A DNA stretch of 64,000 nt from Lama guanicoe. Its lineage: Eukaryota. The stretch covers positions 10,385,186 through 10,449,185 of the forward strand of contig MU054323.1 of assembly GCA_013239625.1 (NCBI GenBank). The letters are read 5' to 3'. The notes under the pieces are model-generated. The model made no database searches, had not been told where the DNA came from, and saw nothing but the letters and a program-made list of their open reading frames with translations. The position numbers and the translations under genes are program-made. Of the stretch, positions 38,246 to 50,659 are shown one piece after another. The stretch's first letter is position 1, and the number at the start of each line of letters is the position of its first letter.

Positions 38246-40820
38246 TCCACGCACAGACTCACTGTGGTAAAAATGCTGAAAGTCAAAGATAAGGAGAAAA
38301 TTTTAAAAGCAGCAGGACAAAAATGACTTATTACTTACAAAGGAGCCCCAATAAGACAGCTATCTTCTCATCAGAAACAACAGAGGCCAGAGGCAGTGGG
38401 ATGATATATTCAAAGTACTGAAAGAAAAAACTAGTGAACCAAGAATCTTATATCCAGGAAAACTATCTTTAAAACTGAAGGTTAAGTAAAAATATTTCTA
38501 GATAAACAAAAACTGAAAGAAACTGTTGCTAGTTGATCTGCCTTACGAGAAATACTAAAGGAAATTCCTTGGGCCAACAGCAAGTAAAACCAGACAGTGT
38601 TCCATACACACACAAAAAGAAAGAATACTGGTAAAGGTAATTATGTAATTATAAAAGACCATATAAATACATATTTTCCCCCTTCCTGCTATTAACTGAT
38701 TTAAAAAGCAGTTCTATAAAACAATATGCATATGATTGCAGTTTGGGGCCTATAATATAGAGAGACATAATATTTTTTATAACAATAGCATAAAGGATGG
38801 AGGAGTGCAGCAAAGCTGTAATGGAGTAAGGAAATAACATAGACAGTAATTTTTCTCCATAGAAACAAATTAAGATAAATGGTAAGTAAGATTAATATAA
38901 CTCACATTATAAATATATCCTTGCTTTTCTTTTTTCCTTTCAGCTTCCTTAAAGGACATAAAATTATATAAAGTTGTAATTTTATGTGTTGTATGTATGT
39001 ATTGTTGAGTTTTTAACATACATAGATATAATATGTATGATAACAATAAGCATAAATAGAAGGGGAAACAGAGTTAATGTGAGTAATATTTCTATACATC
39101 ACTAGAATTAAGTTACTATAAATCTGAAGTACATTCTGATAAGTTAAAATGTATATGGTAAGCCCTAGAGCAATTACAAAGAAAATAACTCAGAAGAATA
39201 CTTAAAAATTAGATACATTAATATGTTAGTCTAGAAAATATTCATTTAATAGAAAATAGTATGAGATAAAAAGAGTAACATAAAATACATGAGACACAAG
39301 GGGAAAAAGATAAAATGGTAGTTGTAAATTCATGTATATCAACTATAACATTAAATGTGAATGGGTTACACAATCCAGTAAAGTGGAATGATTGTCACAC
39401 AAGGGGGGAAAACCTAAATCCACCTATATGCTGTATATAGGAGACACACTTAAGTTTTAAAAATACAAACAGGCTTAAAGTAAAAAGCTGGAAAAATATA
39501 TGTCATGCAAACAGCAACCATAAGAAAGCTGGAGTGGGTATACTAATTTCAGACAAAAGTGATAATAAAACGAAGAATGTTATTATATGTAAAGAGGATA
39601 CTTTATAATGATGAGATTCGATATATTAGGAAGATATGAAAGTTATAATATAAACACATACAACAACAGAGTCCTAAAATGCATGAAACAAGAACTGGTA
39701 GAACTGGAGGGAGAAAGAGGCAATTCACAATAATAGATAGAAACTTCAATTTCCCACTTTCAATAATGGATAGCAACTAGGCAGGAGACCAACAAGGAAA
39801 CAGAAGAATAGAACAACATTATAAACCAACTAGACCTAACAGAAGAATACAGAACGTTTTATCCAACAATAGCATAATACAAATTCTTCTCAAGTGCACA
39901 TGAAACATTCTCTGGGATAGACCATATACTAGGCCATAAAACAAGCCTCAATAAATTTAAAAGGCTCAAAATCATATAAATGATTTTCTCTGACCGTAAC
40001 AGAATAAAATTAGAAAATAAAAGTAGAAAGATATTTGGTGAATTCATGGAAATTAAACAACATACTTCTAAGCAGCAGAGTTGAAGAAATCACAAGGAAA
40101 ATTGAGATGAATTAAAATGAAGAAACAATATACCAAAACTTATGGGATGCAGCTAATGTAGTGCTTAGAAGTGTATGGCTATGAATACCTATAATAAAAA
40201 AGAAGAAAGATCTCAAATCAACCTAACCACTCACGTTTAGACCCTAGAAAAAGAAGGGCAAACTAAACCTAATCAAGCAGAAGAAGGAAATAATGAAGAT
40301 GAGAGCAGAAACTAATGAAATAGAGAACAGAAAAATATAGGGAAAATCAAAGTTGGTTCCTTGCAAAGGTCAATAAAATTGATAAACTTATAGCTAGGTT
40401 GACCAACAATAAAAGAGAGAAGACTGAAATCACGAAAAACAGGAATGAAAATAAAAAAGGCACATTACTACCAGCCTTACATAACACAAAGGATTGTAAT
40501 GGATTACTCTTTCTAAAATGTGCCCCAAAATTAGATAATTTAGATGAAATAGACAAATTTCTAGACAGACACAAACTACTGAAACTGACTCAAAAAGAAA
40601 CAGAGAATCTAAATGGAGATATAACAAGTAAGAGATTAAATTAGTATTCAAGAAAAAAATAAACTGCCAACAACAACAAAAAAATCTCAGACCCAGATGG
40701 CTTCACTGCTGAATTCTATCAGACACTTAAAGAAATAATATAAATTCTTCATAAACTCTTCCAAAAAATATAAGAGGAAGGAACACTTCTCAGTTCATTC
40801 CACAAGGCCAATATTATCTT

Positions 40821-40868
40821 TCTTTTCTTTTTTTAATTGAAGTACATTCAGTTAAAATGTGTCAGTTG
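40821..40868 (-). mobile_element. Extremely 5'-truncated younger L1 insertion (camelid-type 3' end) with 16-bp TSD
   Basis: A T-rich tail plus aattgaagtacattcagttaaaatgtgtcagtt, flanked by aggccaatattatctt (40805-40820) and aggtcagtattatctt (40869-40884), 14/16 identical. Confidence 0.8.
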
Positions 40869-42495
40869 AGGTCAGTATTATCTTGGTACCAAAAACAAAG
40901 ATATCATGAGAAAAGAAAACCACAGAGCAATAGCTCTCATGGATACAGACAAATACCCCCAACAAAATACTAGCAAACTGAATCCAGCAACATATAAAAG
41001 GGATTTTATACCATGACTAAGTGGGATTTATGTAAGATTGGTTTAATATTTCAAAATCAATTAATGTTACAGACCATATCAACAGAATAAAAAATCAAAA
41101 CCACAGATCATCTCAATAGACACAGAAAAAGCTTCTGACAAAATCCAATACCATTTCACAATAAAATATTCAATGACTAGGAATATAAGGCAACTTCCCC
41201 AAGCTAATAAAGGACATCTACAAAAAAATCCATAGCTAATGTTATACTTAATTATGAAAGACTGAATGGTTTCCTCTAAGATCAGGAGGAAGAGAAGGAT
41301 ATCAGGTCACGCCACTTCCATTCAACATTGTACTAGAGGTTCTAGCCAAGGCAATTAGGCAAGAAAAGTACATGAAAAACATGAAGATTGGAAAGGAAGA
41401 GGTAAAACTATCTCTATTTGCAAATGACATGATCTTGTATACAGAAAATCCTAGGGAATTTACTAACAAATATTAGAACTAATAAACAAGTTCAGAAAAG
41501 TTGCAGGATACAAAAATCAACTGTATTTCAACACACTTGCAATGCATAATCCAAAAAAGGAAATTAAGAAAACAACCCCATTTGTAATAGTATCAAAAAT
41601 ACATTTAGAAATAAATTTAACAAAAGAAGTGCAAAACTTAGAAAAACCACAAAACATTGTTGAAAGAAATCAAAGAAGATCTAAATAAATTTTAAAAATC
41701 CCATGTTCATCAATTAGAAGACTTAACTATTGTTATGATGGCGATAGTCCCCAAACTGATCTATTTATTTATTAAATGTAATCCCTATCAGAGTCCCAAG
41801 TGACTTTTTGGTAGAAATTTATAAGCTGATCCTAAAATTTATATGAAATCGTAAGCAATCCAGATAGCCAAAACAGTTTTTAATAAGAGCAAAGTAGGAT
41901 GATTCACACTTCTGATTTCCAATTTACTATATAATATAACAGTGATACTAGCTTAAGGATTAAGAGATAGATGAGTTGAAGAGAACTGAAATAGATCCTC
42001 ACATTTATGGTTAATTGATCTTTGAAAGGGTACCTAGAAAACTTATGGGTGAAAAGTAGTCTTTTCAAAAAATGTTGCTGAGACAACTAGATATTGAATG
42101 CAAAAGAATGAAGTTAGAGTTCTGTCTCACACCATACAAAAGTTAACTCAAGATAGTCACAGACTTAAATGTAAGAGCTAAAACTATAGAATTCTTAGAA
42201 GAAAACATAGAGGTAAATCTTTATGACCCGAGATTTAGCAATGAAATCTTAGATATAACACAAAAAATACAAGCAACAAAAGAAAAAAAAGAAATTGGAA
42301 TTTATCCAAATTAAAAAAATTTGCACTTCAAAGGGTACCATCAGGAAAGTGAAAAAACTCACAGAATGAGAGAAAATATTTACAAATCATATATCTGATA
42401 AGCAACATGTATCTAGAATATATATAAAAACTCTTATAACTCAATAATAAAAAGACATGTAAACCAGTTAAAAATGTGTAAAAGATACTATAAAC

Positions 42496-42717
42496 CAATG
42501 GTAGGGAAACTTTTTCTGTAAAAGGCTATATAGGAAGTTTTGGTTTGAGTGTCACACAGTCTCTGTTGCAATTACTCAACTTTGCTATTGTAGCACAAAA
42601 ATAGCCATAGAAAGTATGTAACAGATAAGCATGGCTGTGTTCCAATAGTTTTATTTATTAAAAAAAAAGAGAAAAAGCCAGGTGGCTGCTTTGAGGGTCA
42701 TAGTTCGCCAATCCCTG
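42496..42717. mobile_element. MER58A-like hAT-Charlie MITE
   Basis: aaactttttctgtaaaagg...gtctctgttgcaattactcaactttgctattgtagc...catggctgtgttccaata...tagttcgccaatccctg. Confidence 0.9.
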
Positions 42718-43104
42718 CACAACAGCAACTCCTAAAAAATAAAACAAAAAGGTAAAGCTAGGAAGTCAATTGTGGAGATAAAATGGACTCTTTGGGAGTA
42801 CCCAAGCTGTAACAGGTGTTCATTACCTGATGTAAAGAGAATTAATGAATACTGTTAAATGAATGAACAAAGAAATGACTGCAGCAAGGCATAGGCCACA
42901 TACTGTATGTGATTTCCCATGTATTCTGAGGCTAGATTCCACATAAATCTCCTGACACCCTGTGTTTGGGGGGTATCAGATGGAATGCAGCTGGGCTGCA
43001 ATGCAAGGTTTGGACAAGGAGCCTATACTGCAAAGGGATGACTTTTTTCTATAACGGGGGTAAAAGTAATAAGAGTTTTTAGAAACATAAATCACTTCTA
43101 CAAA

Positions 43105-43430
43105 AGACAAATTTGGAGATGCCAGATATATGAGAATTAGTATAAGCTACAAGCCAGAAAAGATAATACTAGGCTAGCTGAAAGTGAAGGAAAACTGATT
43201 TACGTGATTCAATGAAATGATTTCAAATTTAAGACACAAAGGGACCTAGGAGTTTGGAAAATCAAACCCAAATGATAAATATGAGAAGATAATATGCTCT
43301 CAGGCTGTATTCCCCAAGAGTCATTAATGTGTATATAAGGCTATGTCTACAAGACAGAAAACAACAATGAAAAGCAGAATGTCCAGGCTAGTGGATTAAC
43401 TAGGAGATGGAAGTTAATCCTCTTGACTCC
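43105..43430 (+). mobile_element. Possible L3/CR1 fragment
   Basis: gggacctaggagt (RDLGV-like) and aatatgctctcaggctgtatt (NAILGCI-like) in the expected order; highly degraded. Confidence 0.4.
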
Positions 43431-44747
43431 TGTAAGCAACTGGCTCTGAATTTTAGCCAAAACTAGATCACAAATAAAAACTACTGAAGTGATTTATTGT
43501 CTCCATTCATAATGATCTATTCTAGAAACATGAGGACTGACAAATCAATTTGGTCAAACTTTCCTTGTTGCTCAGGACTCTGTGCAAGCTGTCTACTCAT
43601 CCCTTGACTCAGCTGACTGACAGGTGTGTGTACTACACCAACTGCACGTAAGAGCAGCAACAGGGACTTTGGGGGTGCTCAGATTGGTCTGTGCCTCTGG
43701 TGATGGCTGCCAGCAGATTCAGAGCTCCCTGAAGCTCCTGCGGTCATTCTTGCGATAGAAGCTGAATCAATCTGTGATTTATAAAAGAGCTCTCCGCTAA
43801 AGGTGCCATCAAGCAAATAGGGATTGAGAGCCTATTAGGTACTAGAGATTTTGCGGACCCAGATATGAATCTGACGTGCATTCTGTCTTTAGGAGCCAGG
43901 CCGGTATAGGAGAGTGTTCTGCCCCACTCCATTCCATTCCCATTTCCATTCATTGAGTGGAGGAGGCAGCATTTTAGCTGGCCTTTGAAGGATGGGGCTT
44001 GGGGGCAGACATTCTAGCATAAAAAGAACTTTGAGGAGACCCTCTCAATCCCTGAGGCCTAGTTAATAGGTAGGCCTCTTTTTGACACACTTATTTCCTG
44101 GGGTTGTCAGGGGACAAATAACTTTAGATTGTATTATAGCTAGGTCATTTATTTGATGATTAAAGTTGGTCAGTCCTCATTCAGTCTCTGACTCATGCCA
44201 TGGCTCTTAACTATGGTACAAATGACTGTGTTCTTATGATTCCATTTTCTCCCCTTGAGAAATTGACTATAAGCAATGGATCACCCAATGGTAATTAGAT
44301 GTAGTCATTTTCTACTGATCTGATTCTTTGCACAGCAATTGATTTGTAAGTGATTCATCCAGATGTGCCCTTCAGCCTCTGTCTTCATTTCTCAGGCAAG
44401 GGGAGGTGCATACGCACTAGATAATAAGTTAAGAAACCTCCGTTCTAGCCCTAGCTCTCCCACTAGCCATGGACCATTGATCCTTTCCCTGCTCTTGGTT
44501 TCCTCACCTCTATCAGGAGGGAATACGTAGTCAGTATTGGACCATCTATGACTTTACATAATCAACAGAAATGTCTTCTTTATCAGACTCTAAGAGAATC
44601 TCTGTTTTCCAGGTGACCAGGCAATGTTTAACAACTAGAAGAGTCTGTTACGACAATACTGGATGCCTGGTAGGGACTTCAGGATGCCCCCTGTAAGCAC
44701 TCTTTGTTTAGCTAAGTGACTGTTTCTCAGACTCCTCTGGTCTACAG

Positions 44748-44890
44748 CAGTGCTTCTTAAACCTTAATGTGCATGTAAGTCACAGGAGGATTTTGTTAAA
44801 AGGCAGTAGGTCTAGGGTGGGGCTGAAAGTTCTGTAATTCTAACAAGCTCCCAGGTACTGCTGATGTGGACCATACTTTGTGTAGCAAGG
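44748..44890. mobile_element. MER5A1-like hAT-Charlie MITE
   Basis: cagtgcttcttaaaccttaatgtgcat...ttctaacaagctcccaggt...ggaccatactttgtgtagcaagg. Flanks gtctacag and ctctagag fit an 8-bp NTCTAGAN target duplication (6/8). Confidence 0.88.
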
Positions 44891-46179
44891 CTCTAGAGGG
44901 CTTTAATGAGGGGACATGAGACCAGTATTAGGAGGCTTGATACTATACCTGACAGAATATCAAATTTTAGCTAACTTGTGTTTCCCCCAAGTGCTTATCC
45001 CAAGTCCTTGCTCAAAGCAGGTGCCTACCAAGCACTTGCTCACTGACTGATGGATTTTACTCTTTTGTTAAAGGTTAGAAGAAAATTTATCCCCTTCCTT
45101 CTTCACTACCTTGGGCAATTTAGCCCAACTTACTTCTCCTACTGGAATATCACCCCATTCTGCTCTTCTGCTGGCAATTCCTATTAAGACTTTCTAAATC
45201 TCTTAGGCCAAGTTTAATGGAATATCTACAACAGGATGTTTTAAAACTCAGAGCTTGTTTGACCCCCAACCTTCCAATAGTTGGAACCAGTCAATGTGCA
45301 TTTGCAAAGTAAAATCGTGGGGAAGTGGAGGGCATAGGGATGCATGCTTTTGCCTGCAGTTTTATAAAGTTTTTTTCCATATCACTTCACTACTTGCACT
45401 TTTACAAGAATCCTTAATGTGTTATCCTTGGTTACATTTCCAAAGGGAAAGCATAAAGTTTTTAACAGAAAAAATTTTAAAACTCCTAATATCAATCTTG
45501 TATATCTATCTATATGACACACTTCAAGTAGGTACATTATCCTTTACAAAAGAGGATGGAGGGCATAGTGGACTAATGAAACCAGGATTGGGGCTACAAT
45601 TGGATATCAGGGATAGCTTATTCCTATTCTGAAAGTTGATAAAGGAGAATCAGTTTCAAGGCTCATTCTCACCCTTGCTTTGTCTCCTAGAAATATCAAA
45701 TTCATATTGATTGCTCTCTGATGAATGATTTGCATGGCTAAAATGGAAACATGTTCATCAATTTAAGGCCTGGATTCCCATAATGTGTTTTTTCCTGAAT
45801 ATAGTGCACATTTTTAGAAGCAACGCTGGTTGCATCATAAGTATTTCAGCTGTCAGTGTTTGGGACTTGTTTCTTTGACCTGGCTCTAAATCAGTCAATG
45901 AATAATAACAATAGTTTGGTCTTTAGAGTTTGAGGCATGCTGATAACCCACATGATTAAAATTCATAAGATAGGCATTTATCAAAGTAACACTTCATCCA
46001 CCAATGGAAAGTCACTGATCAGTTTCCCAACACGTATAATGTCCACTTAACCATGGAGATTTGCCTCCCAATTCTGGTGGACGTTGCTGGACTCATGGTC
46101 GAGAGATGAAGCAATTGTATTTTTCCCATTAGGTCAGTGGGGAATCCATTCGCAAGGGAACAGTCCATTTTGGATAACA

Positions 46180-46330
46180 GATCATTAGAACTGAAAGGAA
46201 TAACAGAAATCTTCCAGACCAAAGCTGTCGTCTCCTACATAAGGAAACTAAAGCTAGAGAACTGAACTGATTTGCCCCAGGTCGCACAACTATTTAAAGC
46301 ACCCAGATCTCCTCATTGTTAGGCCAGTAC
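46180..46330 (-). mobile_element. MIR3/MIR fragment
   Basis: atcattagaactgaaaggaa...tacataaggaaactaaagctagaga...tgatttgccccaggtcgcacaacta. Confidence 0.7.
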
Positions 46331-46729
46331 AGTTCAAGAAAGCATCTGCCTTATATTAAGCAATGCCTTCGGAAGCTCCCAATTTAGGGGGCATTATCAT
46401 TTCTACCAATAGATTTTTGTAGCTTTGACCCAAAACACAGTGGCAATGAACTAACCAATTAAAGGAAACAAACACAGCCTCTACCACGTGACAGTCCTCC
46501 CTTACACAAGTTAGGTACTGAGCCTGCTACGTGCCTGGTGCTCAGATGATCAGATGATCAGATCCCGAGTAGCCATCCAGCTCTCACTTGGAAGGTCAAC
46601 GCTCATTTCTCAACACGAAGACTTACAGGAGGGTTCAGCACCACTGAAACCGCTCTGCTGAATCTACTTCAAGAGTAATGCTTTCATGCGTCAATCAGGG
46701 GTGGCCCTGCAGGAGGATAACTGAGAACA

Positions 46730-46970
46730 ACGTATTATCACAAAGTTTTCAAAACTCCAAGTGCAATGCTAGGTGCTTTCACGTCCATGATCTCACCTAG
46801 TTCCGGCAATTACACAGTGAAGCACTGTACCCTCTCCTATGTGTCTTTTTTTAAACATAAGAATACAGAGCTTTGTAAAAGTTTTATGAAGCCAGTACAA
46901 GGTCACAGAGGTAATAAAAGCTGGAGGTAAGATTTGAATACAGGTAAAGTCAACTCCAAAGGCAATATAA
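46730..46970 (-). mobile_element. MIR SINE
   Basis: tgctaggtgctttcacgtccatgatctcacctagttcc...caaggtcacagaggtaataa...gatttgaatacagg. Confidence 0.7.
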
Positions 46971-47057
46971 GCTTTGCCCTATTTGCTAATTTTATTGAGG
47001 AACTGTGCCAAGAGCAGTCTGCTAGACAGATCTTGGCAAATTTAACCCTTAAAGTAA

Positions 47058-47316
47058 CGCTACAGACTGAATGTGTCCACCCCTCCCCCTAAATTAATAT
47101 TTTGAAGCCTAAATCCTCAATGTGATGATATTTGGAAGGGGGGACTTTGGGAGATGATTAGGTCTTGAGGGCGGAGCCATTCTAATGACATTAGTAGGCT
47201 TATAAGCAGATGAAGAAACCAGAGCATCCTCTCTTCACCATGTGAGGCTACAGCAAGAAAGTGGCTTTATGCCTCCAGGAAATGGATTTTCACCAGATGG
47301 TATAGCAGCCTGAGCG
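47058..47316 (+). mobile_element. MLT1A-like MaLR solo LTR with internal deletion
   Basis: gctacagactgaatgtgtcc...aatgtgatgatatttggaagggggactttgggagatgattaggtcttgagggcggagcc...ccatgtgagg; jumps from caccaga to tatagcagcctgagc. Confidence 0.85.
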
Positions 47317-48634
47317 ATCCCACTGAGGATCCCACAAGAAGCAAAGATGGGATCCATTTGGCCATTAAGATTCTTTCCTCCTACTTGTTAACCATTTAAT
47401 TTTCCACCTTTGTCTTGGGTATTCTTATTTTCCTGTAAAGACATGGCCTTAATAATGCTAAGATCTGACTTTGAGTATAATTTTGGTCTAAAGAAACAGA
47501 TAGCTAGGGGCCAAGAAGGCACAGCAAGTACAGCCAGAGAACTTTTTTAGCAATGCAAGAAAAATGAGAATCCATTTATTGCAAAACCATCTGTAAGACC
47601 TGAACTCGTTTGAAATCTGATAGTCATTTAAAAATTTTTAGTTATAAATGCAATCAATTTTGCCACATCTTCCTCTCTGAGTGAGACATGGTGAACTGAC
47701 AGAAATGAGGCAGGAACTCTTTTCCTTCTAACTTCCATCACTTGCTGCAGATTCCACAGGGGATTGGTTTCATAATGTCACCATCTTTCAGCTGATATCT
47801 CCACATCAAATTATCACCTCCAAACTCTTCTCCTACATCATTTCCATTAGCCCCTTTAAATTAATCTGATTCAACTGAAGCTATTAACTGAGACATAGCA
47901 GGTATCTTCTACTGGGTATCATGAGGTCTTTGAGAAGAGCCCCTATCAACAGAGGCCAATTTTGTAGCTATCATATTGATGTTCCCTCATCAGCTGATAA
48001 CTCTCTATTAGCCCATCAAGTTCAGCTTTTAATGGCCAAACCGTATCTGTGACTGCAATTCAATTTCTACTCCACACTTGTGGTTCCTTGATATCTTGGA
48101 ATTCTTTAAACTTGCTTGATTAGCCACCTGAGGTAAATGGCTTAATCATTTTAAGTTTTATGAAACATCTGTGCCCTTTGATCATAGACCAGTCAGAGGA
48201 GAAAATGGGCTCTGGAATCCTGAAACCATTAGGAAGCACAGATTCCAAGAGTGACGTGACATAGAATTCAGGGGGAGTGGGAAAGGTAGGGCCAAATCCA
48301 TAGCCAATCCCAGGATTTGATTAAACTGGGGCCCCTTAAGGGAATCCGATAGTACTGGTGTTTTCTAGGCTGACCTTTTGATGCAGCCTCCATTGGTGGC
48401 CAGATATAAAGTAGAATCAACTCAATTTATTTGAGATCTTCCTCTGTTCTTGGAGAGTCCTGGGGTGAACGTGCAACACACTACGGCCTCACAACTTCTT
48501 TTCCCCTCTAAGTGTCTTTATTCTTCTCCCTCCCTTCTTCCTTCTCTCTCTTACCTACTCTGAGGGTATCTACTTTTGAAACCCCATGCAGGACCATGGT
48601 TCTACAGAGAAACTACTGGTTTGAATGTGTGTGC

Positions 48635-49187
48635 TGTGAGAAAGAATAGCAGTCCCTGACATTCAGAAGCTGGCCTGGCACTCACAGCTGGCCATGTTAT
48701 TCTCCTATCAGACAAGAACACAGAATGCGGAGCTCAGACAATGTTACTCTGAGATCATGATAAAATGCGACAAGGCAAGGCCACTTCTAAGCACAGATGA
48801 AAATAAGATCACTGTGCTGCATATAAAATACTGAACACCTTCCTCTCAACCAAGATGAGTTACTCCTGCTTCTTTACAATTACAATTACAGCTTTATCTT
48901 CAATCTAGTCTTTCCTCCCAATAGAGAAGATTCATTGAGGTATTTAATCATAAAATTTCCCCCAATTTTGGATAGCATCCAATTTAGAGCAACCCCCTTC
49001 TTCCCTAAACCCTCCTTCAAATCATCCAACTGAAGCCCAAATCCAATAATAGGTTCTTTCTAACACCCTCTTACTGAGTCACTCCATGTTTCCCAGTGTC
49101 TGTTCTCCTGTTCTGCAATTAGTAATAATCCCAGCTTATTTAGCTACAGGTGTGTTCCCAGTAGCCTTTGCCTGAAGGATACTGACA
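48635..49187 (+). mobile_element. ERV1-class solo LTR (MER90-like)
   Basis: TG...CA ends; aatagcagtccctgacattcagaagctggcctggcactcacagct...aagcccaaatccaataataggttctttctaacaccctcttactgag...ctacaggtgtgttccc. Confidence 0.8.
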
Positions 49188-49204
49188 AGTGGCACAAACA
49201 ACTC

Positions 49205-49430
49205 ACATATAAATAGCAATTTACATTTTCAAGAGGCTTCACAATAATTATTTCATTCAATCTTCATGACCATGAGGAAGATGGGAAGGTGCTGTTATGC
49301 CCATTTTCCAGATTAGAAAATAGAGGCCCTGTATACTTAAATGAGTTGTGTAAGTTCAAACATCTTTTAAGTATTAGAATCAGGCATTGATCCAAGTCTA
49401 CTTGCTCCATACTCAATGTTTTCTCCCCTA
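49205..49430 (-). mobile_element. MIR SINE
   Basis: tatttcattcaatcttcatgac...gttatgcccattttccagattagaaaatagaggccc. Confidence 0.75.
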
Positions 49431-50659
49431 TGCTGGTCCTAGAAGAAAGAAGTCCCTCAACTATTTGTTATTTAGTGCTTCACCAACTGGAGATGGCAGG
49501 TGAGAAGGGAATGAGGTTGGTGGTGTGCCTAACATTATGGAGAAACCTGAAACATCTTTCTGGAGCATTGATTTTGATACAAAATTTTTGAGGAAACAAG
49601 TTAGTTTAACATTTTTTAAAAGAATGAGTTTTAAACATTTTGGAATTAAAACTCAAGAAAAAGTTAAAGATAAAAAGAGAGCAAAGAAATTTGTTATTTG
49701 CAGCAAGTGGCTTAAGGCTACTCTCCAGATCCCATTCCCACCCTCCAGATAGCTACATTTAGGGGTACTTAGAAGAAGTGGAGAATTCTATCTAATGTCC
49801 ATCAATCCATTTCTGGACCAAAGAGCATGAAGCAAACACTTTGGATTGATATTCAGGCTTTCTTGTAGTACTGAAGGCGAACTTGTCCTCAGGGCCATGA
49901 GTGTCAAAGGAGTAGGGTTCAGTGTCCTCTGGGGCCCCTATTAATTCTGGGGGAAGGGAGCTGTAGTCTTGTCCTGGAAGCCAGTTCTTCCTCAAGTTTC
50001 TAGGGATCATTCAGCTTGCTGGAGCTTAGTAAGCTCCAGACCAGACCTCGCTGTGGGACTCAAGCCAGAATCGGGCCCTCTCTAGTCCAGGAATTACTGC
50101 TAAGGGCCTAGGATAGGGGCGGGAGAGGACCCTAAGGGAAATGATCTTGGTTCCAAGGCCAACTCAAAGCGCAACATTCACCCTGGGGCATGTGCTGGTC
50201 ATAAGAGGTACACAAGCCTGCAGGGAATTTGCAATCTGACCACGTGCCCAGGCAAGCTCCTTTTAACAGATTTACTCACACATACAAGCTTTAGAAAGCC
50301 ACCATCTCCTCTCACATCTGGAATTCATCTAGACCCCAGGGGCTCTAGTACTGAAATAACATGCAGATACAAAATAGAACAAATGAAAATTGTCAAGGAC
50401 TACCTGAGCCGACAAATTGTTTGTATTATGTTATTTTAAAATGTATAACATAAAAGTGGGTATAAAATCCTTATGCTTATAGCTCTTGTATGACTATTAA
50501 AACCAAATAAAATAATTCAGTAATTATTTTCAAAGTAAATACAATAAAACCATGCAAATTCAAATTAACAGACAACTCAATGTGATGGAGATGCTGTTTA
50601 CTGTAACAACGTCACTGCTCACAGGACAAATAGGGCACAGACTGCTTCTACTCAGGTTC

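Larger units (their letters stand above)
36990..42490 (+). mobile_element. Ancient L1 (L1M4-type): 5' UTR, ORF1 C-terminus, long inter-ORF spacer and disrupted ORF2; 3' end missing
   Basis: The 5' end is ttccacttcgggaatgg...catttaaagcctctggaaac. ORF1 KDKEKILKAA lies near 38285. Endonuclease motifs ITLNVNGL (about 39345) and SDRN (about 39990); RT motif [11 protein letters not shown] at about 41408-41440. Many stops and frameshifts. Confidence 0.93.

Noticed and set aside
39310..42490. L1 ORF2 as an active retrotransposon gene
   Set aside because: Numerous stops and frameshifts, FADD changed to FAND, nested insertions and a missing 3' end.
43925..43955. (CCATT)n satellite-like sequence
   Set aside because: Only about five imperfect units; a simple repeat, not a satellite array.
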